From positions 23,436,001 to 23,500,000 of the forward strand of contig OZ024754.1 in the NCBI GenBank assembly GCA_964016885.1: a DNA stretch of 64,000 nt. The letters are read 5' to 3'. The notes under the pieces are model-generated. The model had not been told where the DNA came from, ran no database searches, and was given only the letters and a program-made list of their open reading frames with translations. Positions 1 through 16,400 of this stretch are shown one piece after another (the stretch's first letter is position 1; every line of letters starts with the position of its first letter). The DNA is from Eledone cirrhosa (taxonomy: Eukaryota). Position numbers and translations under genes: made by a program.

Positions 1-2345
1 TTGTAAACACTATATCCCTCCCCCATAAAGAATGCACCTCTCAACATAGACTCATAATTAGCGACCTCATAGTCAAGACGAGACGTACTCGACAACAGAA
101 GAGGATATCCTCAGGAGAAAAATATGGAAGTTAAAGGACCCCACAGCCAGTAATAAATTGAAAAGCATATTACTTGATGCTTTTGATAGTAAGGAAGAGC
201 AATTAGAGTCGTACAATATAGAGGAACAGTGGGTATTCCTGAAAGCTAACCTGCTGAAGGCGACAGATGAAATTTGTGGCTGGAGCAGACCTATAGGCAG
301 GAGGAGAGTAACTTGGTGGTGGAACAGTAAGGTGGAGGGGTCAATCAAGGCCAAAAAGCAGGCTTGGAAAGCATGGAGGGATGAGGGAAGTAGAGAAGAC
401 TATCAAGTGGTCAGGAGGGAAGCTCGGAGACAAGTGTACTTCGCAAGAACGGAAGCAGAGGAAAGAAAGTTCAAGCATGTCCTACAACGCGAGGACCAAA
501 AACGTGAGGTGTTCAGGATTGCTAGGAAATGTGTCAAGGAAAACAGTGATATTGTCGGGGAGAAGTGTGTCCTTAATGATGATGGTGTACTTGCCATCAC
601 TGACGCTGATAAGAAGGTAGCTTGGAAGTGTCACTACGAAAGGCTACTAAATGAGGAGAATAATTGGGACAAAGACAGTCTCCCCCACATCGATCCAATA
701 GAGGGACCAGCAGTGCAAGTTGAAGGTAGTATAATAAGTAAGGCGATCAAAGACATGAAGACAGGCAAGGCGGCTGAGCCTTCGGAAATAGTTGCTGAAA
801 TGCTGAAAGCATCTGGAACGTTGGGACACACTATACTTACCCGAATAGTAAACCAAGTCATACAGAATGGGGTCGTTCCGAAGGACTGGCGCAGCAGCAT
901 CATCGTTAACTGCTACAAGGGTAAAGGAGATGCCCTAGATAGGGGAAACTATAGAGGCATTAAATTAACTGACCAGGTCATGAAGGTCACAGAAAAAGTA
1001 ATAGCGCAACTAATCAGAGAGCGAATTGATCTAGATGAAATGCAGTTCGGGTTTGTGTCAGGTAAAAGTACAACAGACGCTCTTTTCATTGTACGACAAC
1101 TACAGGAGAAGTACCTAGCTAAAAGTAAACCCCTATACTTAGCTTTTGTTGACCTGGAGAAAGCCTTTGACAGAGTACCCCGCTCGATTATCTGGTGGGC
1201 CCTTAGAAAACTAGGTGTTGATGAATGGCTTGTGAGAGCTATACAAGCCATGTATAAAAAAACAGTCAGCAAGGTTAGAATTAACAACGAATATAGCGAA
1301 GAGTTTAGCGTAAAAGTTGGTGTTCATCAGGGCTCCGTCCTTAGCCCCCTACTATTTATCATTGCCCTTCAGGCGATAACAGAGGAGTTCAAGACCGGCT
1401 GCCCATGGGAACTTCTATACGCAGATGATCTAACGCTCATAGCTGAATCAATGGCTGAACTAGAGAAGAAATTCCAAACATGGAAGCATGGCCTAGAATC
1501 AAAAGGCCTTAAAATTAACCTGTCTAAGACTAACGTTCTAGTTTGTAGGAAGGAAAATAGGGCACTGGTTCCAAATGCAAGTATGGGTGCATAAAAGATG
1601 TAGTGGGATCACAGATAAGCTAACTAAGAATATAGATTTTATATGTGGCCAGTGCTCAGGTGCAATAAGTAGCAGCAAGTGCCCACAGAATACTAGCTCA
1701 TTCCATTGCACAGATGGTTCTATAGAAATAGTGGACACATTCCATTACCTGGGTGACAAAATCAGCAGTGGAGGAGGGTGCTCTGAAAGTACAGTAGCTA
1801 GAGTCAGAACGGGATGGAAAATGTTCAGAGAGCTTATACCACTATTGGCCGCTAAAGGGTTCTCTCTAAAAATGAAAAGCAGGCTGTATGAGCCTGCATA
1901 CGAACAGCAATGTTAGATGGCAGTGAAACTTGGGCATTGTGTGCAGAGGATATACGCAGACTGGAGAGGAACGAAGCTTGCATGCTCCGTTGGATGTGTA
2001 ATAGTAATATACGTGAACAGCAAAGCACAAATGAACTAAGGGAGAAATTAGGAATAAGAGGAATCAGATGTTGTTTACTCGAGAGAAGACTACGTTGGTA
2101 TGGTCACGTGATGCGCATGAAAGACGACGGCTGTATAAAAAAGTGCAGATAAAAATAGACGGGAGCCACGGAGTAGGCAAACCCAGAAAAACCTGGGACG
2201 ACTTGATAAATTCCGACCTCACACACTTACACCTCTCCAAGACAATGTCACTGGACCGAGATCTTTGGCGCTATACAGTAATACAGAAGACCCGCCTTGC
2301 CTAAGTACAAAGCGAAACCTACAGTCAGTAGGAACCTCTAACAAA
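1..2345 (+). mobile_element. RTE-clade non-LTR retrotransposon (LINE), decayed; runs off the left edge
   Basis: ORF 158..1594 has RT motifs (NYRGIKL, QFGF, FVDLEKAFDRV, GVHQGSVLSPLLF, LLYADD). The C-terminal RTE blocks (GSETW, RRLRWYGHV) continue in frameshifted ORFs 1575..1916, 1910..2152 and 2068..2304. Confidence 0.93.
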
Positions 2346-3379
2346 AATACCTTTCCACTTGAAATAATCAACAATGGAATAGACAGGGCAAAACACCTAA
2401 ATCCCCATCAACTTAACAATCCAAAACAGAAAACCACACTCAACACCCTGCCATATGTATCCACTTTCAACCCCAGAAATACCGAAATGTTTGATCACCT
2501 ACACAAAAACCTCCCCATCCTACTTAAAGATGTAAAAATGAAGTCTATTCTTGAAACACACAAGATCCTTAAAAGTAAAAGACAACCCAAATCACTAAAA
2601 CGCATTCTCACTGGACCAAATATACCCAAACCAATCCTCAACCCTACAGTTACCAAATGTGGTAGAACAAACTGTGGAACGTGCCTCTACCTCACTGAAG
2701 GACAAAAATTTACATTTAAAGATGGCCAAACATTTACAGTAAATAACAATTTCACCTGCAACTCGGAGAACTTGATTTACGCAATAACTTGCGGTGGGTG
2801 CAAACACAACTACATAGGACAGACGGGCACCTCATTACGCAAAAGAATGACCATCCACCGCTAACAAATCCGGGACGCTAGCACAAGAAAAATCCCCTTG
2901 AGCAGCCATATTGCGAACTGCGCAGGAATGACACTACCCAACTTTAAAATCTTCCCCTTCTACAAGTGCTCAGATTCGTTCACACAGCAACAAAGAATAA
3001 ACAAAGAAAATCTATTCCTTAACAAATTTAAACCAAAACTAAACGGGTTATCACCCCAATAGAATTGTCATAAAATATAAACACACATACGCACGGAGTG
3101 ACAGATATATGTGTTTGTAGGTGTGCATGTATATAATTATCACTACTATTAAAGACCAGAGACCAATTCTGTAGAATCAGGTTTATTCGTTGACAGACCA
3201 TGCCTTTGTGTGACCAACACATCCATGTTAAACCCTGCACGTACACACACATATATCTATATATATATGCGCACACAGAATTCACCAATGTCGGTTGCGG
3301 GGCCCAATCTACATGAAGAACTCAATGTGATCAGAATGACTTGTATTTTAATTTCACTGTCCTAACTTCTTATATTATG

Positions 3380-4030
<651 letters not shown>

Positions 4031-4341
4031 GGTGTAAGTGCACTAAATCCCTTTCTATCAATCTCCCCTCTCCTACCGACCACAGGAAGATATATGTATG
4101 TATATTGCTTCCACCCCCTCACTGACCAGCAGCTGGCCATCTGGCCATTGCTAAATCTGACCTTTATAAAATAACCCACACCCCCAAATAACTTCTCATT
4201 CACTACCAGAAAGTGACACAGCAGTCAACGAGCTGCTACCAAGATGAAAACTACTATGAAATCTCACAATGAATTTTATACTTGAATTTTCAAATCTCAA
4301 ATTTTAACTCTTCTTATTATTAATTTTTCTTAATATTAATC

Positions 4342-4389
4342 AACATTTGAAAAGATGGCTTTTGCAGACCCATCGAAACCGGTCATTTT
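4342..4389 (+). ncRNA. Minimal type I hammerhead ribozyme motif, U3-A8 core variant
   Basis: aacat TTGAAAA gatgg..ccatc GAAA ccgg TC atttt: 5-bp stem II, palindromic stem III, GUC site at 4382-4384, one mismatch in stem I. Confidence 0.55.
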
Positions 4390-5157
4390 TTATACCCTTT
4401 ATTATTTCCTTACCTTATAAAATTATATGTTTTTCACAAAAAAGTATTCTGTCTCTTATATATTCCATGTGCCATTACCAATCTCAATTTTCTCTCTCTC
4501 TCTCTCTATATATATGTATGTATGTCTGTGTATATATATATATGTGTGTGTGTTAAACCGGTGTTGACATGTCACCAGGATAGGGTATGTTAGCTACGTT
4601 AGAAAGTCCTATAAAAATGAATTTTTCGTTAAAATGCCATGTAGCAGACCTCCGAAGCGATAGAACATGCTGGAATACCACTGCTTACATTGGAGAGAAA
4701 GTTGATATCTACAGTTTATCAATATAGAAATATAAAATTTCCTCTATTAAATCTATCTCTGTTTCTAAAGTATTCTCTATTATGCCATACTGTTTCTTTT
4801 TAATTTCAGAATATCAGATGACATTGGGATAATTTATTATTTTCAATCCTGGATACATCACCTATATTTGTCATCATTTCAAGACTAAAGTGTCTTATAC
4901 AGAACTCATATAACACTGTTTATATAAATCTGTCGTCGAATTACTGTGAAATATTTCTTCAAAACTGAGTTTATTTTCTTCACTATGAGATGATTTTGTA
5001 TTTTAACTAAACTTGGATGAAAAATATGTTTGTATTATCTTCAGATATTAACTGAAATCACAGTTGTGGGAAATATAGAAGATATATTTTTTCGGAATAT
5101 AATATAAAAAATATTACAAGAAAAACATCTATATATTCTGTTGAAGAAAACATCATT

Positions 5158-6012
<855 letters not shown>

Positions 6013-6559
6013 GGCCGTGATATAAGTGATAAATCATTCTCTCCAATTTGTGAATTAATGAGAATGTAAATACATATCTTTGTGTCATCTGACGGAAATC
6101 ACTCTCTTTCAATGCTACATTAACTACACACAAACATATACATACAGCTGGGAAGCCATATCACTTTGATATATTTGGTAAATCATTCTCTAAATGTGGC
6201 TTCACTAGACACTAACTTATACAGGAAAGGAACCATATCACTGAGATGTCTGATAAATCGTTCTCTTGTAAAGATTACTTAATGCAACACAATCAGACAA
6301 TATCACTTACCCCAAATAGTGCCACCAATGTTAATATTTTGAATAAAACTGTTTTACTAAGAAATTATTCTCCTTTCATTTTATTTGTAGAAGTTGTAAC
6401 CAAGAGTTTTGCTGATAAAACTGTAGCGTTCAGAATTTACATACGCTATATATGTGTGTAAAAATGTGTGTACATGTATATGTTTGTATCTGTCTTTGTA
6501 TATAAGTATGTGTATAGCTGTATTTGATTTATTTGATTATATATGTTTGTATATGTACG

Positions 6560-7150
6560 TCATCTTGATCAACAACATCACTGTTTTTATGTCTGTTTTT
6601 CCATGCTTGCTTGGGTTGGACATGTCCTTCTCAACATGGCATCTTTCCACTCGTGTTCCTTTGGCATGTCCTCTGTGAGAGTCAGTTATTTGAAGTCAGT
6701 TCACACAGCCTCTGTCCAGGTCTTTCTTGGTCCACCTCTACTATGGCTTCCTTCTACTGGGATTTCCTGGCACTTCATCACCCAGTGGTCATTATCCATG
6801 TACATCACATATCCGTACAAACGCAGTGTTCTCTCTTACACACCACTTCAGATCACTCTTAAACCCAGCTTCATCTTTCTCTTACATTTACACAACATAA
6901 CCTACAAAGCATGGTTGTTTCATTCCTCTGCAGTCACAGCCCTTGTTTCGTTACCATACATCATTGCACATCACCCACATGTGTCATACAGTTTTTCTTT
7001 TGTACCGAGAGAGATTCCTTTTGTGGTGAACTGTTGCAGTAGCTCTTTTTTCATCCTATCCTTATTCTAGCTATTCATCTTTCAGAGCAGCCCCCTCCAC
7101 TGCTAATTAAGTCACCTGGATTTCAAAAGCTATCAACCACTTCTATGTGT
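6560..7150 (-). mobile_element. Old RTE LINE 3' fragment
   Basis: The minus strand shows a degraded RTE C-terminal region and a (GAT)n-like tail near 6570. Confidence 0.55.
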
Positions 7151-7399
7151 GTCTAATTACATATATAATTAAGCCTGACAATTCCACCACTAACGATTTA
7201 CCTCCCTTTTTGACAATATGAAACTCTCCTGTTTGGGGTGAAAATTGATGGGGGTAAGAACTTCCTTTTAATATATTTGTCAGCATGTCTAATGAAGGAT
7301 CTGTTTGGAAGTGTCACCCCCCCCCATTAAACAGTGGTGGCCATAAGTGGACTCAGAAACCAGTGATCACACATACATGTTCTGTGTATGAAACATTAT

Positions 7400-9030
7400 T
7401 TACACTAAATAGACTATGGGTCCACAAGGGATTTAGTGGGATATAAGGTAAGGTAGCTAAGAAAGTAGGCTTTACAAGGGGTCATTGCACTGAGGCAGTA
7501 AGAACCTATTGATTTTAGGAGACAAGCTCTATCAAACATTTAATGGGTTCCATAGAAGTAGTTGACAGTTTCTGTTACCAGGGTGACCAAATTAGCAGTG
7601 TAGGTAGGTGTTCTGAAAGTACAGTAACCAGAGTAAGAACAAGATGGCAGAGGCTTAGGGTGCTACTACTGCTGCTAGCTACAAAAGGTTGTTTCATCAA
7701 ATTGATGTGTGCATATGAACAGCAATGCTGCATTGCAGTGAGATGTGGGCGGTGTGTGCAGAGGACCTCCAAAGATTGGATAGAAATGAAGCTTGAATTC
7801 TCCGATGGATGTGTAATATTAATATACATGAAGAGCAAAATGTAAATAAACTAAGACAGAACTCTGAAAGTACAGTAGCTAGAGTCAGAACTGGATGGAA
7901 AAAGTTCAGAGAGCTTATACCACTATTAGCCGCTAAAGGGTTCTCCTTAAAAATGAAAGGCAGGCTGTATGATGCCTGCATACGAACAGCAATGTTGCAT
8001 GGCAGTGAGACCTGGGCATTGTGTGCAGAGGATATACGCAGACTAGAGAGGAACGAAGCTTGCATGCTCGGCTGGATGTGTAATAGTAATATACGCGAAC
8101 GGCAAAGCATAAACGAACTAAGGGAAACATTAGAAATAAGAGGGATCAGATGTTGTTTACTCGAGAGAAGGCTACGTTGGTATGGTCACGTGATGCGCAT
8201 GAAAGACGACAGCTGTATAAAAAAGTGCAGGGCAATAAAGATAGACGGTAGCCACGGAGTAGGCAGACGCAGAAAAACCTGGGACGACCTGATAAACTCC
8301 GACCTCACACACTTACACCTCTCCAAGACAATGTCACTGGACCGAGATCTTTGGCGGCACTCAGTAATAGAGAAGACCCGCCTTACCTAAATACAAAGTA
8401 AAACCTACTACAGTCAGTAGGAATCTCTAACAAAATACACCCCCCCCCACCCCATCCACACCGCCCCTTTTAATGTAAAGTTATGTTGGTGCCACAACAT
8501 CCAGGCCGAAACAAATGAGATCGTGTAGGTGTCACGACAAAAAAACACACAGTCCACGCTGTAATGTGGCCGTGTAGGCAACACGGTAAAAACCTCCCAG
8601 TCCCACACTGTAAATGTGGTTGGTGTTAGGAAGGGCATCCAGCTGTAGAAAACCCGCCAGACAGTCCTATGCGAGCAAGACAACCACTCTTGCCTCAAGT
8701 GGGAAAACTCCCGTCCAAACCCATGCAAGCGTGGAACATGGACGTTAAACGATGATGATGATGATGATGATGATGAGAACCTGGGCATGAGAGGGATAAG
8801 ATACAGTATACAAGAGAGGAGATTGCTGTGGTATGGACATGTGATGTGCATGAAGGTAGAGATGTTGTATAAAAGGTTGACCGCTTGAAATTGATGGAAG
8901 AGGAAGACCTACGAAAGCTTGGGATGAGGAGGTAAAAACTGACCTGACACTATTGTACCTCTCAAAGGTGATGAGACAGGATTGAAATCTCTGGAGTTAT
9001 ACAGTACTGCAGGAGATCTGCATTCCCATG
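7400..9030 (+). mobile_element. Old RTE 3' fragment interrupted by a younger 5'-truncated RTE (7863..8775)
   Basis: 7863..8420 is near-identical to 1782..2345 and ends in a (GAT)n tail at 8751-8775. The old copy resumes as LGMRGIR, with a possible TSD agaac on both sides. Confidence 0.75.
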
Positions 9031-9279
9031 TGCACGGGATGAAGCAACATTTAGTGGTTTGAAGTGTGCTCCAATTTCCTCCTCTCCACATCTTAACACT
9101 CCACCCCCTTACCAGCTAAGTACACCACCCTGACCTACCTCTCCAATCCCCACCCTACATACACATAACCCCACCACCACTTTCACATCTGATTCACCTC
9201 ATTGACCAACCCATGTATACAAGTATGGAAAGCTTAACATGCTCTCCTCCAATGCTGCTGAAATAGCTAAAATCTCAGG

Positions 9280-9790
9280 CAACCCTGTAAGGTGGTCATG
9301 CAAGTGTCATGACAAAAGAGCACTGAGTCCTCTCTGTTAGGTAATATGACAAAAGAGCACCTAACCCTCCCTACAAGGTAGTCATGCTGGGGACAAGACA
9401 AATAAGCACCCAGTCCACCATGTAATGTAGACATGACAGGAGGCCCCTAGCCCACTCTATAAAGTGGTCATGCTAGTGGCAAGACTGAAGGCACTCGAAC
9501 CACCCTTCAAAGTGGTCAAATTGGTGACATGACCAAGAACACCCAGTCTGCTCCCTTAGCTGGTGGTTGTCATGATGATAACATAACAAAAAGCACCCAA
9601 TCTACCCTATAGGTTGGTCATGTTAGCAACGCAACAATAAATGCCAAGTCCACCCTGTAAATGTGGTTGGAGTTAGGAAGGGCATCCAGCCGTAGAAACC
9701 AGCCAGAAATGGTTCTTGCATGAGCAAGACACGGTCATTTGATCTAAGTTTTCACACAACAGGACAACTCGTCTGACCCATGCTAATATG
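9280..9790 (+). repeat. Degenerate ~60-bp minisatellite ending in a SINE/RTE-tail segment
   Basis: Recurring gtggtcatg..gacaaaa.agcacccagtccaccctgtaa units, then ttggagttaggaagggcatccagc. Confidence 0.6.
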
Positions 9791-10167
9791 TAAATTGGAG
9801 TTTAAATTGAGATGAGGATAAATACAATATATGAATATACACGTATATATTATATTCTTTTACTCTTTTGCCTGTTCCAGCTCTCTGGCTGAGGGCACCG
9901 CCCTTGAGATAAATGTATATATCTCGTAGAATCAAGACGTATCTGAGGACCTTGCAATTTTCAGGTTCGATCATCACATCGATCGTACCTCGAGCTGGTC
10001 GCCAGAGAAACGATTGTAATATGTCCAATAAATTCCATTCATCGCAACACTGATTCTCTCTTTTTCTGTGATATCATACTCTGCTCTATAAGAGCATCGA
10101 GTGCTCAAACGGCCTACTGCATACGGACGCTATAAGCATCCAAAATCAATTATATATATATATATAT

Positions 10168-10450
10168 ATTAAAATAACAGATTAAGGTTTAAGCAAAGAA
10201 TCGGTGCTTTCACCCTAAACGGGATCTTCTGAAACTAAAAAAATCAATCTGTGAACGCAGAAGTAAATATTTCGTAAAACGTTGCAATCGATGGAAAACA
10301 GGAAGACGGTACTTTGGTTCGTGATGACATTCCCTGGTAATGAAGGGGAAAAAAGCGAAGATAATACATCGTTATGTGGAACGATGAGAACAAATTACAC
10401 GCAAAGACAAAACCACGTTTATGGTATAAATGGAGTCGTTGACTAATATA
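10168..10450 (-). mobile_element. PLE-like terminal-repeat fragment with HHR-like fold (10186..10236, CAGAAGA core)
   Basis: Same family as 29405..30435 and 45500..46540; next to (TA)n. Confidence 0.6.
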
Positions 10451-10942
10451 CTATTTAGGAAACTGAATGATTCTAGGCTTCGGAGTTCAGAATAATGTAA
10501 ATAAATTAGTTGAACGAAAATGAGAGAGATTATTAAAAATATAAAAGTAATAATTGTTTCTACTTTAGGCACAAGGCCAGCAATTACCCAGTGTATTACT
10601 GGTACTTTATTTTATCGACCCTGTAAGGATGAAAGGCAAAGTCAACCTTATATATAAAAATATAAAAGTAATAATAATTAAATATATACATACACAAATT
10701 TATACACGTGCATATGCGAAAACTCACGCCATGCATGTTTATACATGCACGTGCACACATATAAACCTACGCGACATATATACCCGCACACATACAAGCG
10801 TATAGACCAAATACACATGTTCACCAAACGTAAATATACCAAAACCCTATGTACACATATACACACACCATCCATACATATGTGTAAACACATACATACT
10901 CATACATACACATATATACACATATCCATACATAAACATATA

Positions 10943-10993
<51 letters not shown>

Positions 10994-12626
10994 AGAGAGA
11001 GAGAGAGCAGTTGTAATGGATAATATCGCTGCTATTTCTAGCAGTTAGAGAGACTACGTAGAGGTTTTCTTATTGATATATAATTGATATTTTATTGAGT
11101 GGTACTTTCTGATTTACAATCAATTAAATACGATTGGAACTGTCTGAAGGTATTAAATTATATCAGGGACTTTTAACGTATGACACGGGTAAGGGAGTTA
11201 AATCATTGTCCACGACACCGCGTAACTGTTGTCTTCATTTGGATTGGCAGTACTGGTAGAGGGTCGGACGCTATGCTTTGACGCATGGAGTTACAGCCCT
11301 TGCCATTCTGTGTTCAAATCCCGCCGAGGTTAACTTTGCCTTTTATCCTTAGGGGATTGATAAAATAAAGTACCAGTAATGCACTGGGTAATTGCTGGTC
11401 TTGTGCCAAAAGTAGAAACAATTATAACTTTAATTAATCTAATTATATCTTGTATAACAATTATATATATATATATACGCACACAATTTTCTTTCCCCGA
11501 CATCAGTCTTACACTGTCATTTTTATTTACAATTGTGTCTACTAAGAGTTCCATTACAATCTGTAGTAGTAAAACTAGTATTTCACAAGAACATCTGCTA
11601 GCAGTCATTTATAGACAATATATATATTTTAGACCACATATCAACCTAATATATATATATTTCCTATCAAATCTGTAGCTAAAGACATAAAGTCAGCCTC
11701 ACTACTTCATTCTGACAAGATATCAATTTATGACTAAAGATGAAGATACACCAACGGTAATCCTCGCCACATCGCGGATATTTCGTTACAACATATCTGT
11801 AGTGGCTGAGATGGTCGCTTGGCAACTAGCAGTTGCCTCCCCTTAACAACCCTTCAGGGAGCGGAGGCAAAAATACACCCGGACACAGCCACAGGTTCAC
11901 TCACTCTTTTTGGACCACGGACATGAACAGACGTGGAAAGATCCGCTCCTCAAAATATTGACGTTGTAGGAAATTTACTAAATTATTGCATTAAATAAAA
12001 TGATTGTTAGACTTGATTGTGCATTTATTTATTCGACAAAGAGAAACATCCCTTTTCTTTATTGGCGACCCTGACGATAAAGAATGAAAACGCAGCCTAT
12101 TGGAGTCCGAAATTCTTTTTAACGGCAATGTGGAATGGCTTAACATTTGGAATGTCCGAATCACTTAGCGTAAGTCCATAAAATTCATTATATTCCATTT
12201 GTTGTAGCACGCATACAGACAAACACAAAAATACAACACAAAAAAAAAAAAAAATAAATAAAAAATAAAGGATTTCTCTGGATATAGAATTTTGCTTCCA
12301 ACATTCTGTGGAAATTACAAATGGAGATATTTCGTTTTCCCGCGTTCAGCTTGTCTTCTCCAATACCAGCCATCTGATTGGCTGCATCGTGCCACATGAC
12401 GGCTTCATCACGGACACATTTTTAAATCAGCCATCTTGGATTTTCTTACCATTAATTTTCATAGAAAATGATTTTTTTTATTATTAAAATTTTCTTTAGA
12501 ATATTTTTTTTTTAAAGAAAAAAAATTAGCAGTATTTAAAAACGGCTACCACCAATTACCAGCAATCAGCAGCAACACCTGGCTAACTATTGACCAACAC
12601 CAAAAAGTCATCAAATACGTCGCACC

Positions 12627-13412
12627 ATGAGTCAACATCATTTGCCGTCCTTCGCAGGCGACATCAAGTTGTGGTTTGCGCAGCTGGAATGTTTCTTCGA
12701 ATTGACGAAGACAAAGGAACAGCATAAGCTGAAGGTCCATATCAATGGCCTACCTGTTTCCTTGGCATTCTCGGTGAAGGACGTTGTGACGGATTTGGAC
12801 GCCAACGTTACCTACGGCTCATTAAAAAAAGAAATCCTTCGCAGAAATACCAAGTCGGTAGAGAGCCATTTTCGGGAGTTGTTGGACGATGCTCAAATGG
12901 GTGACAGGAAGCCGAGCTCCTATTTGCGACATTTGCGGGAGTTGAGCGACTCCCAGGGGATTGACACCCCCTTCATAAAGCAACTTTTTTTCTCATGTCT
13001 ACCACCAAGTGCGCAAAGGATATTGGTCAATAGTTTAGAGAAGGATTCATTAGAGCAACTTGCCGCGTCCGCGGATAAGATACTTGAGGTGGACTCGAAC
13101 AGCAATCAGCATAATCCTTATGTGGCTTCAGCTTGCGTCCCTCCACGCAGTTCTTCTGTGGCCGACGGCGAACTGTTGGAGTTGATTGAAGCTCTCACCA
13201 AAAAGGTAGAAGATTTGACGGTACATCACAGAGAGCCTTCTCAACGTTTGAGGTATCGTTCGCCGCCGTCCTCTATTCATCGCCAACACTACAACGCAGG
13301 CAACAATAATTCTTCGTTGTGTTGGTACCATGCTAACTTCGGCAGTAGGGCGCAACGTTGTCGCACGCCCTGTGATTACAAGAGATCGGGAAACGCAAAG
13401 CAGAGCCACTAG
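12627..13412 (+). CDS. gag: Gag of the gypsy element
   Basis: [18 protein letters not shown]-terminus and C-x2-H-x9-C-x3-C ([18 protein letters not shown]) knuckle. Confidence 0.9.
   Translation: MSQHHLPSFAGDIKLWFAQLECFFELTKTKEQHKLKVHINGLPVSLAFSVKDVVTDLDANVTYGSLKKEILRRNTKSVESHFRELLDDAQMGDRKPSSYLRHLRELSDSQGIDTPFIKQLFFSCLPPSAQRILVNSLEKDSLEQLAASADKILEVDSNSNQHNPYVASACVPPRSSSVADGELLELIEALTKKVEDLTVHHREPSQRLRYRSPPSSIHRQHYNAGNNNSSLCWYHANFGSRAQRCRTPCDYKRSGNAKQSH
13388..13394 (+). promoter_or_regulatory. Putative -1 programmed ribosomal frameshift slippery site G GGA AAC
   Basis: The X XXY YYZ heptamer is in the gag frame just before the gag stop, and the -1 frame is open from here into pol. Confidence 0.75.
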
Positions 13413-16400
13413 GAGCGAACCGCCATCTTTTCGTATACGACCTGCGGTCAAACAATTTTTTCCTTGTCGATACTGGCGCGTCGCTGAGTATTTGGCCAGT
13501 CAGTTATCTCAAAAAAAGCCCAGCCGAAGCAGATATAAATCTACGAGCTGTCAACCACACGGCCATTCGAACGTATGGGCAAATTTCGCTTCCTCTTCGG
13601 TTAAAAAATTTGCGGCGTTATTTGAAGTGGAAGTTTACTATCGCCGACTTGCCATACGCCATTTTGGGAGCGGATTTTCTCCACCATTTTTCCTTGTTGG
13701 TGGACATTCGCAGACAACGCCTTGTTGATGCTGAAACAGGCCTTTCTTTCGAGGGTTCAGAGCCGGACGTCGCCACTGTCAGCCCTTCCTTTTTCTTGGC
13801 TGAAGTGGGCAACCAGTATCAAAGCCTGCTACATTCATTCCCTCAGTTGACGCAGGGAAAGTTACGAATAACTAGCCCGGATCATGCGATTGAACACTTC
13901 ATATCCACTACAGATCCATCTGTTTTCTCACGTCCTCGAAGATTGTCTACAGAGAAGTTGAAAGCTGCACGTCTTGAATTCGACCACATGCTGGAATTGG
14001 GAATAATTCGGCGCGCCACAAGTCCTTGGGCATCGCCTCTACATATGGTACCTAGATCTTCTGGGGATTGGAGACCGACGGGTGACTACCGACGCTTAAA
14101 CGCGATTACTGTGCCTGACCGTTATCCAATCCCGCATTTGCAGGATTTTGCATCGTCATTGCAGGGTTGCAGAATCTTTTCTAAGCTTGATTTGATCCGC
14201 GCTTATAATCAAATTCCGGTTAACAAGGAGGATATCCCAAAGACTGCTATTGCCACTCCTTTCGGATCATTCGAGTTCCTTACTATGCCTTTCGGCCTTA
14301 GAAATGCTGCAAGTACCTTCCAACGATTTATGGATGATATTACTCGGGGCCTGGATTTTGTGTACACGTATATCGACGACGTGTTGATTGCTAGTTCTTC
14401 CCCTCGGCAGCATTCAAAGCATCGCGATCTCGTATTTCGTCGTTTTCAGAGATATAATGTTCGAATTAATGCTTCCAAGTGTGTTTTCGGCTCGACCTCA
14501 CTAACATTTTTAGGCCATCTGATTGACGCCGACGGTATTCGACCTCTTCCTGAGAAGGTTAAGGCAGTATCGGATTTGCCTCCGCCAAGTTCACTGCGAC
14601 AATTGCGTCAATTCCTGGGCCTTGTAAATTTTTATAGGCGATTCGTACCATGTTGTTCCAAATTGCTGTTCTCGTTGACAGAGATTTTTAAGGGTTGCCG
14701 GCGTAAGAATATGGACATTTCCTTAAATAAAACGCAGCTTGATCATTTTAAAAAAGTGAAAAAGGCGTTAGCGAACGCGTCTTTGCTCGCCCACCCAGTA
14801 CCCAACGCCGAGCTATCGCTCTGTGTTGATGCTTCGGATAGCGCCGTGGACGCAGTCTTACAGCAGAAGTGTGATGGGGTACAGCAACCACTCGAGTTCT
14901 TTTCGAGGAAGTTAAAGCCTGCCGAAACTCGCTATAGCACCTTTGGAAGGGAGCTATTAGCAATTTATTTATCAGTGAAACATTTTGCTCATGTACTTGA
15001 AGGTAGAACATTCACCATTTTCATTGATCATAAACCCTTGACGTTTGCTCTTCGAACTAAGGCAGACAAATACTCGCCCAGAGAAACGAGACATCTGGAC
15101 TTGATCTCACAGTTCACGAACGACATTCAACATATTCCGGGTTCTTTGAATACAGCGGCCGATGCGCTGTCTCGCCTGCCGATCGCATCGATTTCGTCTT
15201 CCGAGGAGATAGATTTACATCGAATGGCAGCTGCCCAACCCACTCTCGAATCGTTGGATGTTACATCGCCAGAGTTTGTACATTGCAAACTGAAATACAT
15301 TCCGATCTCAACTGCTGACGGACAGATACTGTGTGATGTTTCGTTGGACTCACCACGACCTCTAGTCCCAGTGGAACATCGACGAACTGCGTTTCTCGCT
15401 TTACATGGCATTTCTCACCCAGGAGTATCAGCCTCAGTAAAACTCATAACAGCCAGATTTTTCTGGCCTGGTATGAGACGTGACATTGCTGCTTGGTGTC
15501 GTTCCTGTGTCGCTTGCCAACAAGCCAAAGTTCATAGACATGTTAAGGCTCCTCTCGGAACCTTCACCTGCCCCGATGCAAGATTTCGTCACATTCATGT
15601 GGACATCGTCGGCCCGTGGCCGGTTAGTCGTGGTTTTTCGTATCTTTTGACGATTGTTGACCGTTTTTCGCGTTGGCCTGAAGCCGTCCCTATAACAGAT
15701 ATCACCGCCGAAACCACAGCCCGTACCCTCGTATCTTCCTGGATCGCTCGTTTCGGTGTACCAACCACCATAACAACGGATCGTGGTCGTCAATTTGAGT
15801 CTAACCTCTTCCGAGAGCTAACCCAAATCCTGGGGGCTACTCGAATAAGAACCACGTCTTACCACCCAGCCTCAAACGGAATGGTGGAAAGATTCCACAG
15901 GCAGCTCAAAGCCTCCTTAAGGGCTTCCATGGACTCTTCACGTTGGAGTGAGTACCTACCCATTGTATTGTTGGGTATTCGGTCGACGGTAAAGGTGGAC
16001 CTTGGGTTCTCCTCTGCCGAATTAGTTTATGGTACGCCTCTGGCGTTACCGGGGCAAATGCTGGCCCCTTTTGACCTGACTTCGCAGGACCCCGCTTCCT
16101 ACGTGTCCCGGCTTCACTCTTATTTCAAGGATCTACCACCGATGGGCACTAGGAAGCAGACTGTAAAAACTGCCGTCCCAAGGGATATTGCCTTGTGGAC
16201 CCATGTGTTCGTTAGAGACGACGCCGTGAGACCCCCTCTTCAACGGCCGTACTCTGGACCCTATCGTGTGCTTGCTCGCACAGACAAACATTTCACACTG
16301 GATATTCGGGGTTCCAGGGAAACGGTTTCCGTTGATCGTCTCAAACGAGCAAACCTGGACAATGACACAATGACACTTGAAACTCAAATGCCCCCCTCTT

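Noticed and set aside
73-1738. Minus-strand ORFs overlapping the RTE; likewise those overlapping gypsy pol and the ZNF arrays
   Set aside because: Antisense shadows of real coding frames, with no independent motifs.
2265-2864. Single RTE-GIY-YIG fusion protein
   Set aside because: The N-terminus is the RTE end and 3' UTR read in another frame. The sister RTE copy at 8390-8440 lacks the GIY-YIG, so this is a PLE fragment joined to the LINE tail.
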